15,867 nucleotides of DNA. Origin: Octopus sinensis (taxonomy: Eukaryota). Of this stretch, positions 1 through 8,644 are shown piece by piece (within the stretch, counting starts at the first letter, position 1; each line of letters starts with the position of its first letter). Position numbers and translations under genes: made by a program. Where the stretch lies: NCBI RefSeq assembly GCF_006345805.1, contig NW_021825407.1, forward strand, positions 1 through 15,867, given 5' to 3'. A model generated the notes under the pieces. It was not told where the DNA came from. It saw only the letters and a list, made by a program, of their open reading frames with translations, and did not search any database.

Positions 1-906
1 ACATGGGATAAAATAAATTAATATCCTCCTTATGGAGCAAAAGGATTTTTCTAGAAACGTTTTCACTTCAGGTTTTGGAGAAATATTGTTTCATTTTTGT
101 TATAATTACATCAAAATTGAGGCATTTTGATGCCAGAGCAATTTGGATACAGTCTTCAGGGTCCAGTCGATTACTCTGCCTTTTTTTTTATGTTCATTAG
201 AGTGAAAAATCCTCGTTTGCAAAGAAAGGTAGATTGTTGGAAAAGGCAGCAACGTTTTGACTGCCTCTTCGTGCCAGAAGAAAATTTCTGTCATAAAAAG
301 GAACACGGTTTTTTTTTTAATATAATTTTATTACTAATATGTCAATAGTCAAAAGATTCATTACTCCTCGAGTATTTATCATTTTACCTTACTTGGGGTA
401 GTTTACCCCGGTTCCCCGACCCCCTGTTTTACTGAAAATGTTAAGTAATGAGGACATAAACAAACCAACACTGTCAAGTAGTGGTGGAGAACTTAGGCAA
501 AAACACACTATATTATGTTCTGGAAGATTCTAATGCAAATATGTTAATCGTTGTTGTGTATGTCAAAGGACTCCAGAGCACATCTAGGATAGATATGTTT
601 CATCAGTCGGAAAGCATCCGGACCTTTGAGCTTAAACCAAACTGCTGGCTTTGTTTTTGATTTTAGTAAACAAACTGTTCACTGATCCGTCCTGATATCT
701 GTCAGCGGATAATAAATCGTTATAAGCACTGTGAACAGCGAGGTCTGAAACGATGACATGCATATTTATTCTTGATACATTCTGGTAGATTCGAACGTGA
801 ATGTGCTAATCGCTGTCGTGTACGTCACATCAGAACTGTTTCTCCTTTTTACCATGACAATGTTTTCATAATACCCTCAAATACGGCAAGGCATTCTTGA
901 ACACAT

Positions 907-1113
907 GGTGACGAACTGGCAGAATCGTGAGCATGCCAGGCAAAAAATGCTTAGCGGTATTTCGTCCGTCTTGACGCTCTGTTGAAATTCCTCCGAGCTC
1001 ACCATTATCTTTCATCCTTTTGGGGCGTTGATAAAATAAGTACCGTACCAGTTGGCTACTGAAGTCGGTGTAATCGACCTACCTACCCCTCATTTTGTAC
1101 CAAAATGAGAAAG
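907..1113 (+). mobile_element. tRNA-derived SINE, family A (GGCGAGCTGGCAGAA head), old diverged copy
   Basis: Aligns by eye to the copies at 1670 and 10346 (head, tttcatccttt...gggtcgata...aagtaccagt body). Confidence 0.75.
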
Positions 1114-1138
1114 GATTGTGTGTGTGTGTGTGAGGTGA

Positions 1139-1417
1139 TAAACGAGAAGGGAAATAAGGAAAGTGGAAAAACCATTATATATTTCAGGCACAAAAGCCTA
1201 TCTTCAGAAGGATACAGTTAAGGAAATGTGTCTACATCTTGTGATTTGGATGACAGGATCTATGTATATACGTCTTTAACAATACCTTTCTGAAGATGGA
1301 CCTTTGCGCCTGAATATATATATATAAAGGCTTTTCGACTTCCTTCATTTCCCTTTTCATTTATTATTCTGCTTTTGTACTACTATGTTTCGAGCAAGCT
1401 ATAACGCTCATCTGCAC
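1139..1417. mobile_element. Penelope-like-element-derived segment: imperfect inverted repeat (1139-1211 / 1285-1363) with hammerhead-like motifs
   Basis: The arms align as reverse complements and each holds CTGAAGA-T-4 bp stem-GAA(A)-(AT)n. A third degenerate motif is at 1384-1417 (-). PLE assignment is inferred from the known association of minimal type I hammerheads with PLEs; no PLE ORF is seen. Confidence 0.55.
1172..1211 (-). ncRNA. Minimal type I hammerhead ribozyme-like motif with intact core
   Basis: Minus strand reads CCUU / CUGAAGA / U / AGGC-UUUUGU-GCCU / GAA / AUAUAU (palindromic stem III) / A / AUGG. Stem I pairs 3 of 4. Confidence 0.55.
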
Positions 1418-1440
1418 ACATATACCAGACTTTAATACAG

Positions 1441-1586
1441 TTTCCAATCTATCAAATTCGCTCACATGCCGTTGGACGGCTCTGGGTGATAGCTGAAGAC
1501 ACTTGATCAAGGTATCACACAGTAGGACTGAACCCGGAACGATGCAGTTGCATAGTGAGTTTGTTAATCACATAGCCATGCCTGCA
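1441..1586 (-). mobile_element. tRNA-derived SINE, family B, 5' half, diverged
   Basis: Matches the head region of the 9225-9642 copy (gaagacacttg..caagg, ctgaacccggaac). Confidence 0.75.
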
Positions 1587-1669
1587 CCTAATACTGCCAT
1601 TCTGTCATACTGGAAAGGATATGTGTGTGACACATTGAATGATGTAGCCCACATAATATCCTAGAAAAT

Positions 1670-1855
1670 GATGGCGAGCTGGCAGAAACGTTAGCACGCC
1701 GGGCGAAATGCTTAGCGGTATTTCGTCTGCCGTTATGTTCTGAGTTCAAATTCCGCCGAGGTTGACTTTGCCTTTTATCCTTTCGGGGTCGATAAATTAA
1801 GTACCAGTCACACACTGGGGTCGATATAATCGACTTAATCCGTTTGTCTGTCCTT
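1670..1855 (+). mobile_element. SINE family A, young subtype, 3'-truncated at a junction with a mariner fragment
   Basis: Near-identical to 10346-10530. Similarity stops at tgtcctt (1855). Confidence 0.9.
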
Positions 1856-2405
1856 TTGGTCCGCTGAATGCAGTTTTTGGCACAAACTTGGCGGATACAC
1901 ATCTCATATCGAAATCTTCAGTGATAACGGACTGAACTGAACCGCATCTAATCTGCACATCCTCGGATAACTCACGGATGGTGATTCGACGATTTCCCCT
2001 CTCAGCTGCACACACATCTGCGATGTTTTTCTCAGTTCTGCTGGGTGTGGGTCTACCAAAACGTTGGTTGATATCGATATTTTTCGGCCATTTTGGAAAC
2101 GTCTGAACCACTCGTACACTTGTGTGCGGCTCATACACTCCTCTCCATACGCTTTCTGCAACTTTGCGTTGGACTCTGAGCAGATATCGCCATGACAACT
2201 TTCTCTGTCATGGTCAATGCGACGATCACACGCTACACACGTTTCTTCCAAGCACTGCCGTAAATAGCGGAGGTGAGCTAGAACGTCAAAACTTAGTGCG
2301 CATGCACAGCAGAGTTCAAGGCCAATTTTTTCCCCGCGGCTTCACTCTGCGTTACTTAGCTTCGTTACTATGGCCACAATCCGGATACTAATTGATCAGA
2401 CCTCG
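1856..2405 (-). mobile_element. Mariner fragment: 5' TIR, UTR and N-terminal transposase (irritans-like by inference)
   Basis: TIR CGAGGTCTGATCAA at 2405 is shared with 10806. ATG at 2211. Frameshifted HTH peptides LQKAYGEECMSRTQVYEWFRRF, GRPTPSRT, RRITIRELSE and SAKFVPK (the WVPHEL-equivalent position). No catalytic domain. Confidence 0.9.
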
Positions 2406-2653
2406 CATACATACGCGCACACTCACATACACTTGTACGACTCAAAAGATTCTAATATGCTAAAAATTGGATATTTGCTGTGAGTGAAGCCAAAGTAAAA
2501 AGTTCAATTGTATTCGGTTCACTAAACATAAATTGATCTGTTCTCAGTCCTTTGTTGATACAAACTAACGTTTATGGTTTCTACTCAGAAATTATTAAAA
2601 AAAAAATTCAATATCTGCAAATATTAGAATGAATATTTGAACGTCTAAAATGC

Positions 2654-2676
2654 AAAAAAAAAAAAAAAAAAAAAAA
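2654..2676 (+). repeat. Poly(A) tract
   Basis: Run of about 23 A. Confidence 0.95.
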
Positions 2677-2955
2677 GAAGTTATTTGTTGTCAGTGAAAT
2701 CAGAATATCACAATTTCATTTGTTTGAGGCTCACTAAATTTATATTAATCTTTTCCCAGTATTTTGTTTATATCGTCTAACATTTATCGTTTGCACGCCG
2801 GGACCATTGAAAATACAATCTCTCAACGTATCAGAATGTAATAATTGTATATGCAAAATATATTACACTAGAACAAACTGATCAAAAATTGAAACTAGGT
2901 ACAGAATGTAAGTATTTAGTTAGAATTATTTGGTTCTCAGTAGGTGTTTGAATGT

Positions 2956-3268
2956 GGAGGCTCAATGGCCCAGTGGTTAGGGCAGCAGACTCGCGGTCGG
3001 AGGATCGCGGTTTCGATTCCCAGACCGGGCGTTGTGTGTGTTTATTGAGCGAAATCACCTAAAGCTCCACGAGGCTCCGGTAGAGGTTGGCGGCGACCCC
3101 TGTTGTACTCTTTCGTCCCAACTTTCTCTCACCCTTTCTTCCTGTTTCTTGAGTAACGCTGCGATGAACTGGCATCCCGTCCAGCTGGGGGGAACACATA
3201 CGCCACAGAAACCGGGAAACCGGGCCCATGAGCCTGGCTAGGCTTGAAAAGGGCGAATAAAGAAAGAA
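2956..3268 (+). mobile_element. tRNA(Arg)-like SINE, family C, full length with 12-bp TSD
   Basis: Head has A-box (TGGCCCAGTGG) and B-box-like (GGTTTCGATTCC) motifs. AGGTGTTTGAAT flanks it at 2942-2953 and 3269-3280. The tail is A-rich. Confidence 0.9.
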
Positions 3269-3404
3269 AGGTGTTTGAATACGTCGTGGTATAGAGGTAA
3301 ACTGTAACACTTGATCTGGCGTGATACAGACCCAAGTGTTTGCGAGAGCAGCATTCAACTTTGCCTTATTGCTATATAATGCAAGTTGGCCGTCTTTTTT
3401 TTAA

Positions 3405-3627
3405 CACTTTTGACATCAACTCGCAGAAAACCGCCTTTGGTTCTATGATAACAACGTTCTGTTTTAAAAGTATCTAAACATAAAGCTTCCATCAAAATTT
3501 CATAGTAAATCATGTTAGAAATACCAGCTGTAGGATGACAATTAGTTTACTAAATACTTCGTTATTTTTTCACCATTAACTGAAAATAAAGGCAGTGTAT
3601 TTCTATAGAGGTATGGTAGCAAAAGGG
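3405..3627. mobile_element. piggyBac-type MITE
   Basis: TTAA at 3401-3404 and 3628-3631. Imperfect TIRs CACTTTTGACATC / CCCTTTTGCTACC (reverse complement of the right end). 223 bp, non-coding. Confidence 0.75.
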
Positions 3628-3980
3628 TTAACTCTACCCCGTAGAGTTTTTTTAATGGGGTTTAAGAATAGAGAGTTACTTGACTGAGAAAGCATGTTGA
3701 TGCAAGCCAGGCTGAGGTTGTTTCGGTACTACGTGCAGACGTTCAGTGATCTAACGTCTACGTATGACATGACATGCAAAACATCACCGACAGCTGGGAC
3801 TTGACCCTAGACTTTAGATGACTGGATTTATGTACCTCTCCAGCATTCATGTAAAAGTACACGAGAGAGTGAAACGGCCATATTAGATTATGTAGTCCAC
3901 AGCATTGTATCTGAAAATGAAGAAAACAAGATGCTTACAGCTGTGTGGAGGAGAGGGTGCTCAGCAACAACAACAGCAGT

Positions 3981-4360
3981 GAAGGCGCAATGGCCCAATG
4001 GTTAGGGCAGCGGACTCGGGGTCGGAGGATCGCGGTTTCGATTCCAAGACCAGGCGTTGTGTGTGTTTATTGAGCAAAAACACCTAAAGCTCCACGAGGC
4101 TCCGGCAGGGGGTGGGGGTGGTGGCGACCCCTGCTGTACTCTTTCGCTCCAACTTTCTCTCACTCTTTCTTCCTGTTTCTTGTCTGCAACTTCCTGCGCA
4201 ACCGCTGAGCCTGGATGCGCATTCATCCATCCGTCGATGCTCTCGGTGTCGGGGGCTGACCTGCTTTCTCTTATGCGGGTCTTACGAATAGCAAATGACC
4301 ACGCCTCAGACTTCTCCCATCTTGCGAGCTCTGGGACGAAGACTGTTCGCTCAACAGCAT
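3981..4360 (+). mobile_element. SINE family C head with an alternative 3' module, ending in (CAA)n
   Basis: The first ~200 bp align to 2956-3150, then diverge at about 4181. CAACAACAACAGCA at 3965-3978 and 4361-4374 is a possible TSD (low complexity). Confidence 0.85.
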
Positions 4361-4410
4361 CAACAACAACAGCAACAACAACAACAACAACAACAATGAT
4401 AACAACAACC
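4352..4410 (+). repeat. (CAA)n microsatellite
   Basis: Direct reading. Confidence 0.9.
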
Positions 4411-4799
4411 ACAAACACACACACATACACACTAAGGTTTCCCAAATTAATTTTCAACAACAATTGTCTGACTCCGCTCGAAAAATAACATACATTTAGT
4501 GCTGTATCATGATTTATTCAATGTTTAAGAATTGCAGTTAGATTATCCGATCGTGTGTTACACAAAACTAATTATTTTATCAAACCAGAATAACGAAAAC
4601 AACCTCAAATATCAAAAGATGTTAAAGCCGAACAATTGTCTTTCACAGGGCCTTTTTTTTTAATAGTCGTACCCCTTCTGTCTTCTCTCTCTCTCTCTTT
4701 TTTATTTTAAATACATTAGGCTTTCCACTACGCCGTCGCAGAATTTAGATCCCGTTTTTCTTGGATCACCCTTTTCGGAGATTACTCTGGATCACGATT

Positions 4800-4805
4800 A
4801 CATAT

Positions 4806-4881
<76 letters not shown>

Positions 4882-4882
4882 A
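4800..4882. repeat. (TACA)n/(TA)n microsatellite, in the putative 3' UTR
   Basis: Direct reading. Confidence 0.95.
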
Positions 4883-4924
4883 TGTATGTATTTAAAAGGG
4901 TTGTTTAGTTTTTTTCTTTTTCTT

Positions 4925-5127
4925 TCATTCAATGTCCATTTTGTAGTTGTCTTGGTCGGATGTCGGCTGCAATAGGACGTAGTTCGGAGTGGAGTCCACA
5001 ACCGTCGTCCGACAGGTTGCTAGCAAGAGTGCTCCTAGCAACAGCATCAGGAATGTGATTAACACCAATAAGCCGGCTAACAGTAGTCCACCTTTCTCCA
5101 CTTTCAGGAGGTCAGCATCAAGGTGAT
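4925..5127 (-). CDS. Terminal coding exon of a probable single-pass membrane protein (family unidentified)
   Basis: On the minus strand a long CT tract ends in ...ctctcttcttccAG|AT (AG at 5129-5128). After 2 nt (phase 1) come 66 open codons and TGA at 4927-4925: HLDADLLKVEKGGLLLAGLLVLITFLMLLLGALLLATCRTTVVDSTPNYVLLQPTSDQDNYKMDIE*. There is one hydrophobic run of about 23 aa followed by C-R. Composition is more GC-rich than the flanks. Candidate minus-strand AATAAA at 4706-4701 and 4518-4513. Confidence 0.8.
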
Positions 5128-5189
5128 CTGGAAGAAGAGAGAGAAAGAGAGGTAATTTAATGATATAATATTTAAAAAATGACGGAATT

Positions 5190-5193
5190 AGAG

Positions 5194-5248
<55 letters not shown>
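5190..5248 (+). repeat. (GA)n microsatellite
   Basis: Direct reading. Confidence 0.95.
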
Positions 5249-5276
5249 AAGGAAGGGTGAGAGGGAAAATAAAATA

Positions 5277-6539
5277 TCAGGTCATCCCATAAGTTCTGTC
5301 CGAATTTTGAATAAAGAAAACAAGCAATCAAATGTTATATTTAATTGAAATTTCATCATCAATGCACTTTCCCTGATTATCTATGACTTCCTTCCATCTA
5401 TTTACAAGCCTTTTAATCCCATCAATATAAAACTCTTTTGGTTTCAAAGCGAAGAACTCTGAAATGTCAATTTCGACCTCCACCTGGCTTGCGAAAGTTA
5501 TGTCCCCAAAATGATTCTGTAACCTACGAAACAAATTGTAGTCTGAAGGAGCAAAGTTGGGACAATAAGGTGGATGAGGAATTTTTCCCCAACCAAACTC
5601 TTCGATCTTCTGTGATGTGATCTTTGCAGTGTGTGGTCGCGCATTGTCCTGATGAAACATCACTCCTTTTCGATTCACTAAAGCGGGGCTTTTTTCTACA
5701 AAGCTTGGTTCAAACGATCTAATTACTGACAGTTAACTTGAGCATTGATTGTTGCATTAAGTGGTAACAATTCAAAGTGAATTACTCCTTTGCAATCTCA
5801 CCAGATAGAGAAAAGAACCTTTTTTCCATGAAGTCCCCTTCTCGGTTGCGGTTGAGCTTTTTCCTTTTTACTGAGACACTGTTTACGACGTTTAACATTT
5901 CGATAGAAGATCCGTTTTTCGTCACCAGTCACAAGTCTATCCAAAAAGGGTGAAATGAGTTCGCGAGAATGCAGAGAAGAGCAGATGTCAACTTGGGATT
6001 TGCAGTTGCTTTCGAACAATTCATGAGGCACCCATATTCCAAGTTTAGGAACCTTTCCAAGTTGGTGAAGATGACGATGAACAGTTGTATGGTTTGAACT
6101 AAACTTTATTGCCAATTCTTCAAGTAATACCTCAAGGAGCTTATCATCAAACTCAACTGGACGTCCTGTTCGATCTCCAGCTTCAAGGCTGAAATCTCCA
6201 CTTCTGAATTTTGCAAACTATCTTCTGCAAGTTCTTTCATTCAAGCATTCTTTCCCATAAACTGAGTGTATGTTTCGAGTCGTTTCGGCTGCAGAGTTTC
6301 CTTTTTTGTACTCATAAAGCATTATGTGTCTCAAACGCTCTTTGGATACTTCCATGTTAGAAAGGGTTTTAATCAAAGAAATTATAATTCTATTATTCTG
6401 TAAAATAATATTTAATTTGTTTAAATGTACACAAATGCATAAAAATAATTTTTTATTCCATTAGACATTTAAAAATTCTATTAAATTTCATTCAATTTTA
6501 AAAAAGGTAAAATCGGACAGAACTTATGGGATGACCTGA
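5277..6539 (-). mobile_element. Full-length mariner transposon (1263 bp)
   Basis: Perfect 27-bp TIRs TCAGGTCATCCCATAAGTTCTGTCCGA (5277-5303, 6513-6539), with TA on both sides (5275-5276, 6540-6541). Confidence 0.97.
5328..6355 (-). pseudogene. Mariner DD34D transposase pseudogene
   Basis: ATG at 6355 (MEVSKERLRHIMLYEY). Motifs WVPHEL, TGDEK, HQDNARPH and YCPNFAPSD, with 34 residues between the 2nd and 3rd D. Disabled by TAG at 6220-6218, TGA at 5800-5798, a TAA near 5723 and a frameshift near 5697. Confidence 0.95.
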
Positions 6540-6596
6540 TACATTATGAGGAAGATAAAGAAACGAAGAGAGAGTAAATGGGGTGAGAAATGGAAA

Positions 6597-6660
6597 GAGA
6601 GGGAGAGAGAGAGTGTGTGTTTCAGAGAGAGAGTAAGAGAGAGAGAGGGAGAGAGAGAGA

Positions 6661-6728
<68 letters not shown>
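6597..6728 (+). repeat. (GA)n microsatellite
   Basis: Direct reading. Confidence 0.95.
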
Positions 6729-6730
<2 letters not shown>

Positions 6731-6731
<1 letters not shown>

Positions 6732-6921
6732 AATAATTCATTTCCAATTCTGGCATAAGGCCACCAATTTCAGTAAGACGATTCCATCATCCCCAGTGCT
6801 CAACTGGTTCTTGTTTCAAGGACCCTGGAAGGACGGCAAAGTCGACTGTGGCAGCATTTGATTTCGCAACAGAATATTGGGAGAAATGTTACTAAGCGTT
6901 TTGTCCGGTGCAGTAACGATT
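6731..6921 (-). mobile_element. SINE family A, old diverged copy
   Basis: Reverse complement contains aatcgtta...aaaacgcttag, gtcgactttgcc, ccagttgagcactgggg and the ggccttatgccagaattggaa tail. Confidence 0.75.
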
Positions 6922-7077
6922 GAGAGAGAGAGAGAGAGAGGTGGGGAGAGAGAGAAGCAGGGAAGAGAAAGAGAGTCAATACTTAAACGGGAAACGAGTG
7001 AAGAAGAGGGAAAGCTGACAGATTCGATCTCATTGTGCGCTATATCAGCCATATGTCTTCCACCGTAGCGTCGAGCC

Positions 7078-7142
7078 GAGAGAGAGAGAGAGAGGGAGAG
7101 AGAGAGAGAGAGGGAGAGAGAGAGAGGGAGAGAGAGAGAGGG

Positions 7143-7196
<54 letters not shown>
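7078..7196 (+). repeat. (GA)n / (GAGG) microsatellite
   Basis: Direct reading. A shorter GA tract is at 6922-6975. Confidence 0.95.
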
Positions 7197-7198
<2 letters not shown>

Positions 7199-7244
7199 AA
7201 ATTTTGCCATTCAATAAATACAGATCAATAAAAAAATTACACAC

Positions 7245-7307
7245 TAGTTTCATTATGATTGAATAAAGCTCTTGAAAGCGGTGTCGCTTCGTTGCCCAGT
7301 CCAATGG
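7245..7307 (-). CDS. Candidate internal coding exon (63 nt, phase 1-1) upstream of the TM exon
   Basis: Acceptor ctttcactcattttAG|CC, donor CTA|GTgtgt. Length is a multiple of 3 and the phase matches the terminal exon. Open frame xIGLGNEATPLSRALFNHNET contains an N-E-T sequon. It is a non-repetitive island between microsatellites. Confidence 0.45.
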
Positions 7308-7340
7308 CTAAAATGAGTGAAAGATTGATTTATATATGTG

Positions 7341-7380
7341 TACACACACACACACACACAAATATATATGCAATGCATCC

Positions 7381-7473
<93 letters not shown>
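7341..7473 (+). repeat. Compound (CA)n, (TCTA)n, (TCTG)n microsatellite
   Basis: Direct reading. Confidence 0.95.
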
Positions 7474-7474
<1 letters not shown>

Positions 7475-7619
7475 GTATATGTGTGTTTATATATATATGT
7501 ATGCATGCACTCACACACATAAACGCACATATATTATTAGGGTAGTTGCCTAAAGATCTCACTGATCTAAGGACCCAATTCTGATCCATGTATTCTATGG
7601 CTAACTGTCAATGAATAAA

Positions 7620-7677
7620 CATTATAGGGCCCAGTGTGTTGATTTCCCTAGGGGCCTATAGCAGTGCTAAGGCCCTG
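7620..7677. mobile_element. Possible hAT-type MITE end remnant
   Basis: Internal inverted repeat tatagggccc / ggggcctata and an end ...taaggccctg resembling CAGGGCC-type TIRs. The left TIR is not clear. Confidence 0.3.
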
Positions 7678-7814
7678 TACACACACACACACACATGAAG
7701 AACAGTGGTTTACTCTATTATTCAATAAAAATAACAAGACTCCCAACGGAAATTGAACATCGATTGCCGTGAGTTAAACGAATATCCTAAAGTTTTCTAA
7801 CCGACACTCTAACA

Positions 7815-8385
7815 CAGAGGTTCTCAACCGTGGCTCAAAGGGCCTCATATGGTTCTCAAGCATCCTTCCGGCGGCTCTCAAAAGTCTTCCCTCTATAAAT
7901 ATAATAATTTTTTCTTTAATTGACTTTAATTGACACCGGTCCGTCGCAGGTGAGCTGCAAGATGCAGGAGGAAAGAGTGAGAGAAAGTTGTGGCGAAACG
8001 GGTTTAAATTCACAGTGAGGCTAAAATATGTTTGTTCCTTCTCGAACCATGCCTGGCTCATAAGGGCCGCTTTCCCGGTTTCCTTGGCGTATAGGTTCCC
8101 CACCTGGACGGGACACCGGTCCGTCGCAGGTGAGCTTCATGATGCAGGAGGAAAGAGTGAGAGAAAGTTGTGGCGAAAGAGTCAGCAGAAGTTCGCCATT
8201 ACTTTCGACCGGAGCCGCGTGGAGCTTAGGTGTTTTCGCTCATAAACACACACATTGCCTGATCTGAGATTCCGACCCGCGATCCCTCGACCGCAAGTCA
8301 ATTGTGATTTTTTTTTGGGTGTGTGGTTCCCTAAAAAGATCCACGTTTTGGATCTGGGCCGGATATTAAAATGGTTGAGAAACTG
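7815..8385. mobile_element. hAT (Charlie/Buster-like) MITE interrupted by a 367-bp templated insertion
   Basis: TIRs CAGAGGTTCTCAACC (7815) and GGTTGAGAAACTG (8373-8385). The 8-bp flanks ctctaaca / ttctaacg match 6 of 8 and fit an NTCTARAN-like target. Confidence 0.7.
7932..8299 (-). repeat. Inverted local duplication of the SINE locus at 8676-8971, plus a re-copied 63-bp segment
   Basis: 7995-8299 is the reverse complement of 8676-8971 (13 mismatches and one 9-bp indel by hand count), including non-SINE flank. 7932-7994 is the reverse complement of 8801-8863. Confidence 0.9.
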
Positions 8386-8644
8386 TTCTAACGACAACGG
8401 TAATTTGCTAACTTTGGTCTTCAATTGAAACCAGTCACTTATTAACAAGAAGAATTTAAAGAATTCGAATTCAAATATAAAAGAAGTAGAGGATGGAGAG
8501 AAATCCACATACCAAATATGCAGCATACCAACAACATGAATAAGTTATTACTGAGGACAGCACTCCACTTTAGTCATAACCAAGATGACTGACATATAGG
8601 CAAATATCTATACTGAATTGCAACCAAATATATTTTAGCCTCAT

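Noticed and set aside
395-417. GGGGTA-gtt-TACCCC hairpin followed by GGTTCCCC, resembling a DNA-transposon end, with short ORFs upstream
   Set aside because: No partner TIR or TSD in the window and no recognisable transposase motif in 1-390.
2956-3030. tRNA-like sequences (also 3981, 8645, 14199 and the family A/B heads)
   Set aside because: They are SINE heads continuing into SINE bodies, with no intact acceptor stem; not tRNA genes.
3630-3653. 8-bp stem, 3-nt loop and T run resembling a rho-independent terminator
   Set aside because: Eukaryotic context. More likely a small fold-back next to the piggyBac TTAA; no CTRR end to suggest a Helitron.
4002-4488. 153-aa and 143-aa ORFs with poly-V, poly-T, poly-P and poly-G
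   Set aside because: They overlap a SINE and the (CAA)n tract.
6546-7553. Regularly spaced repeats separated by unique spacers, superficially array-like
   Set aside because: Simple microsatellites of variable length with no constant repeat unit; not a CRISPR array.
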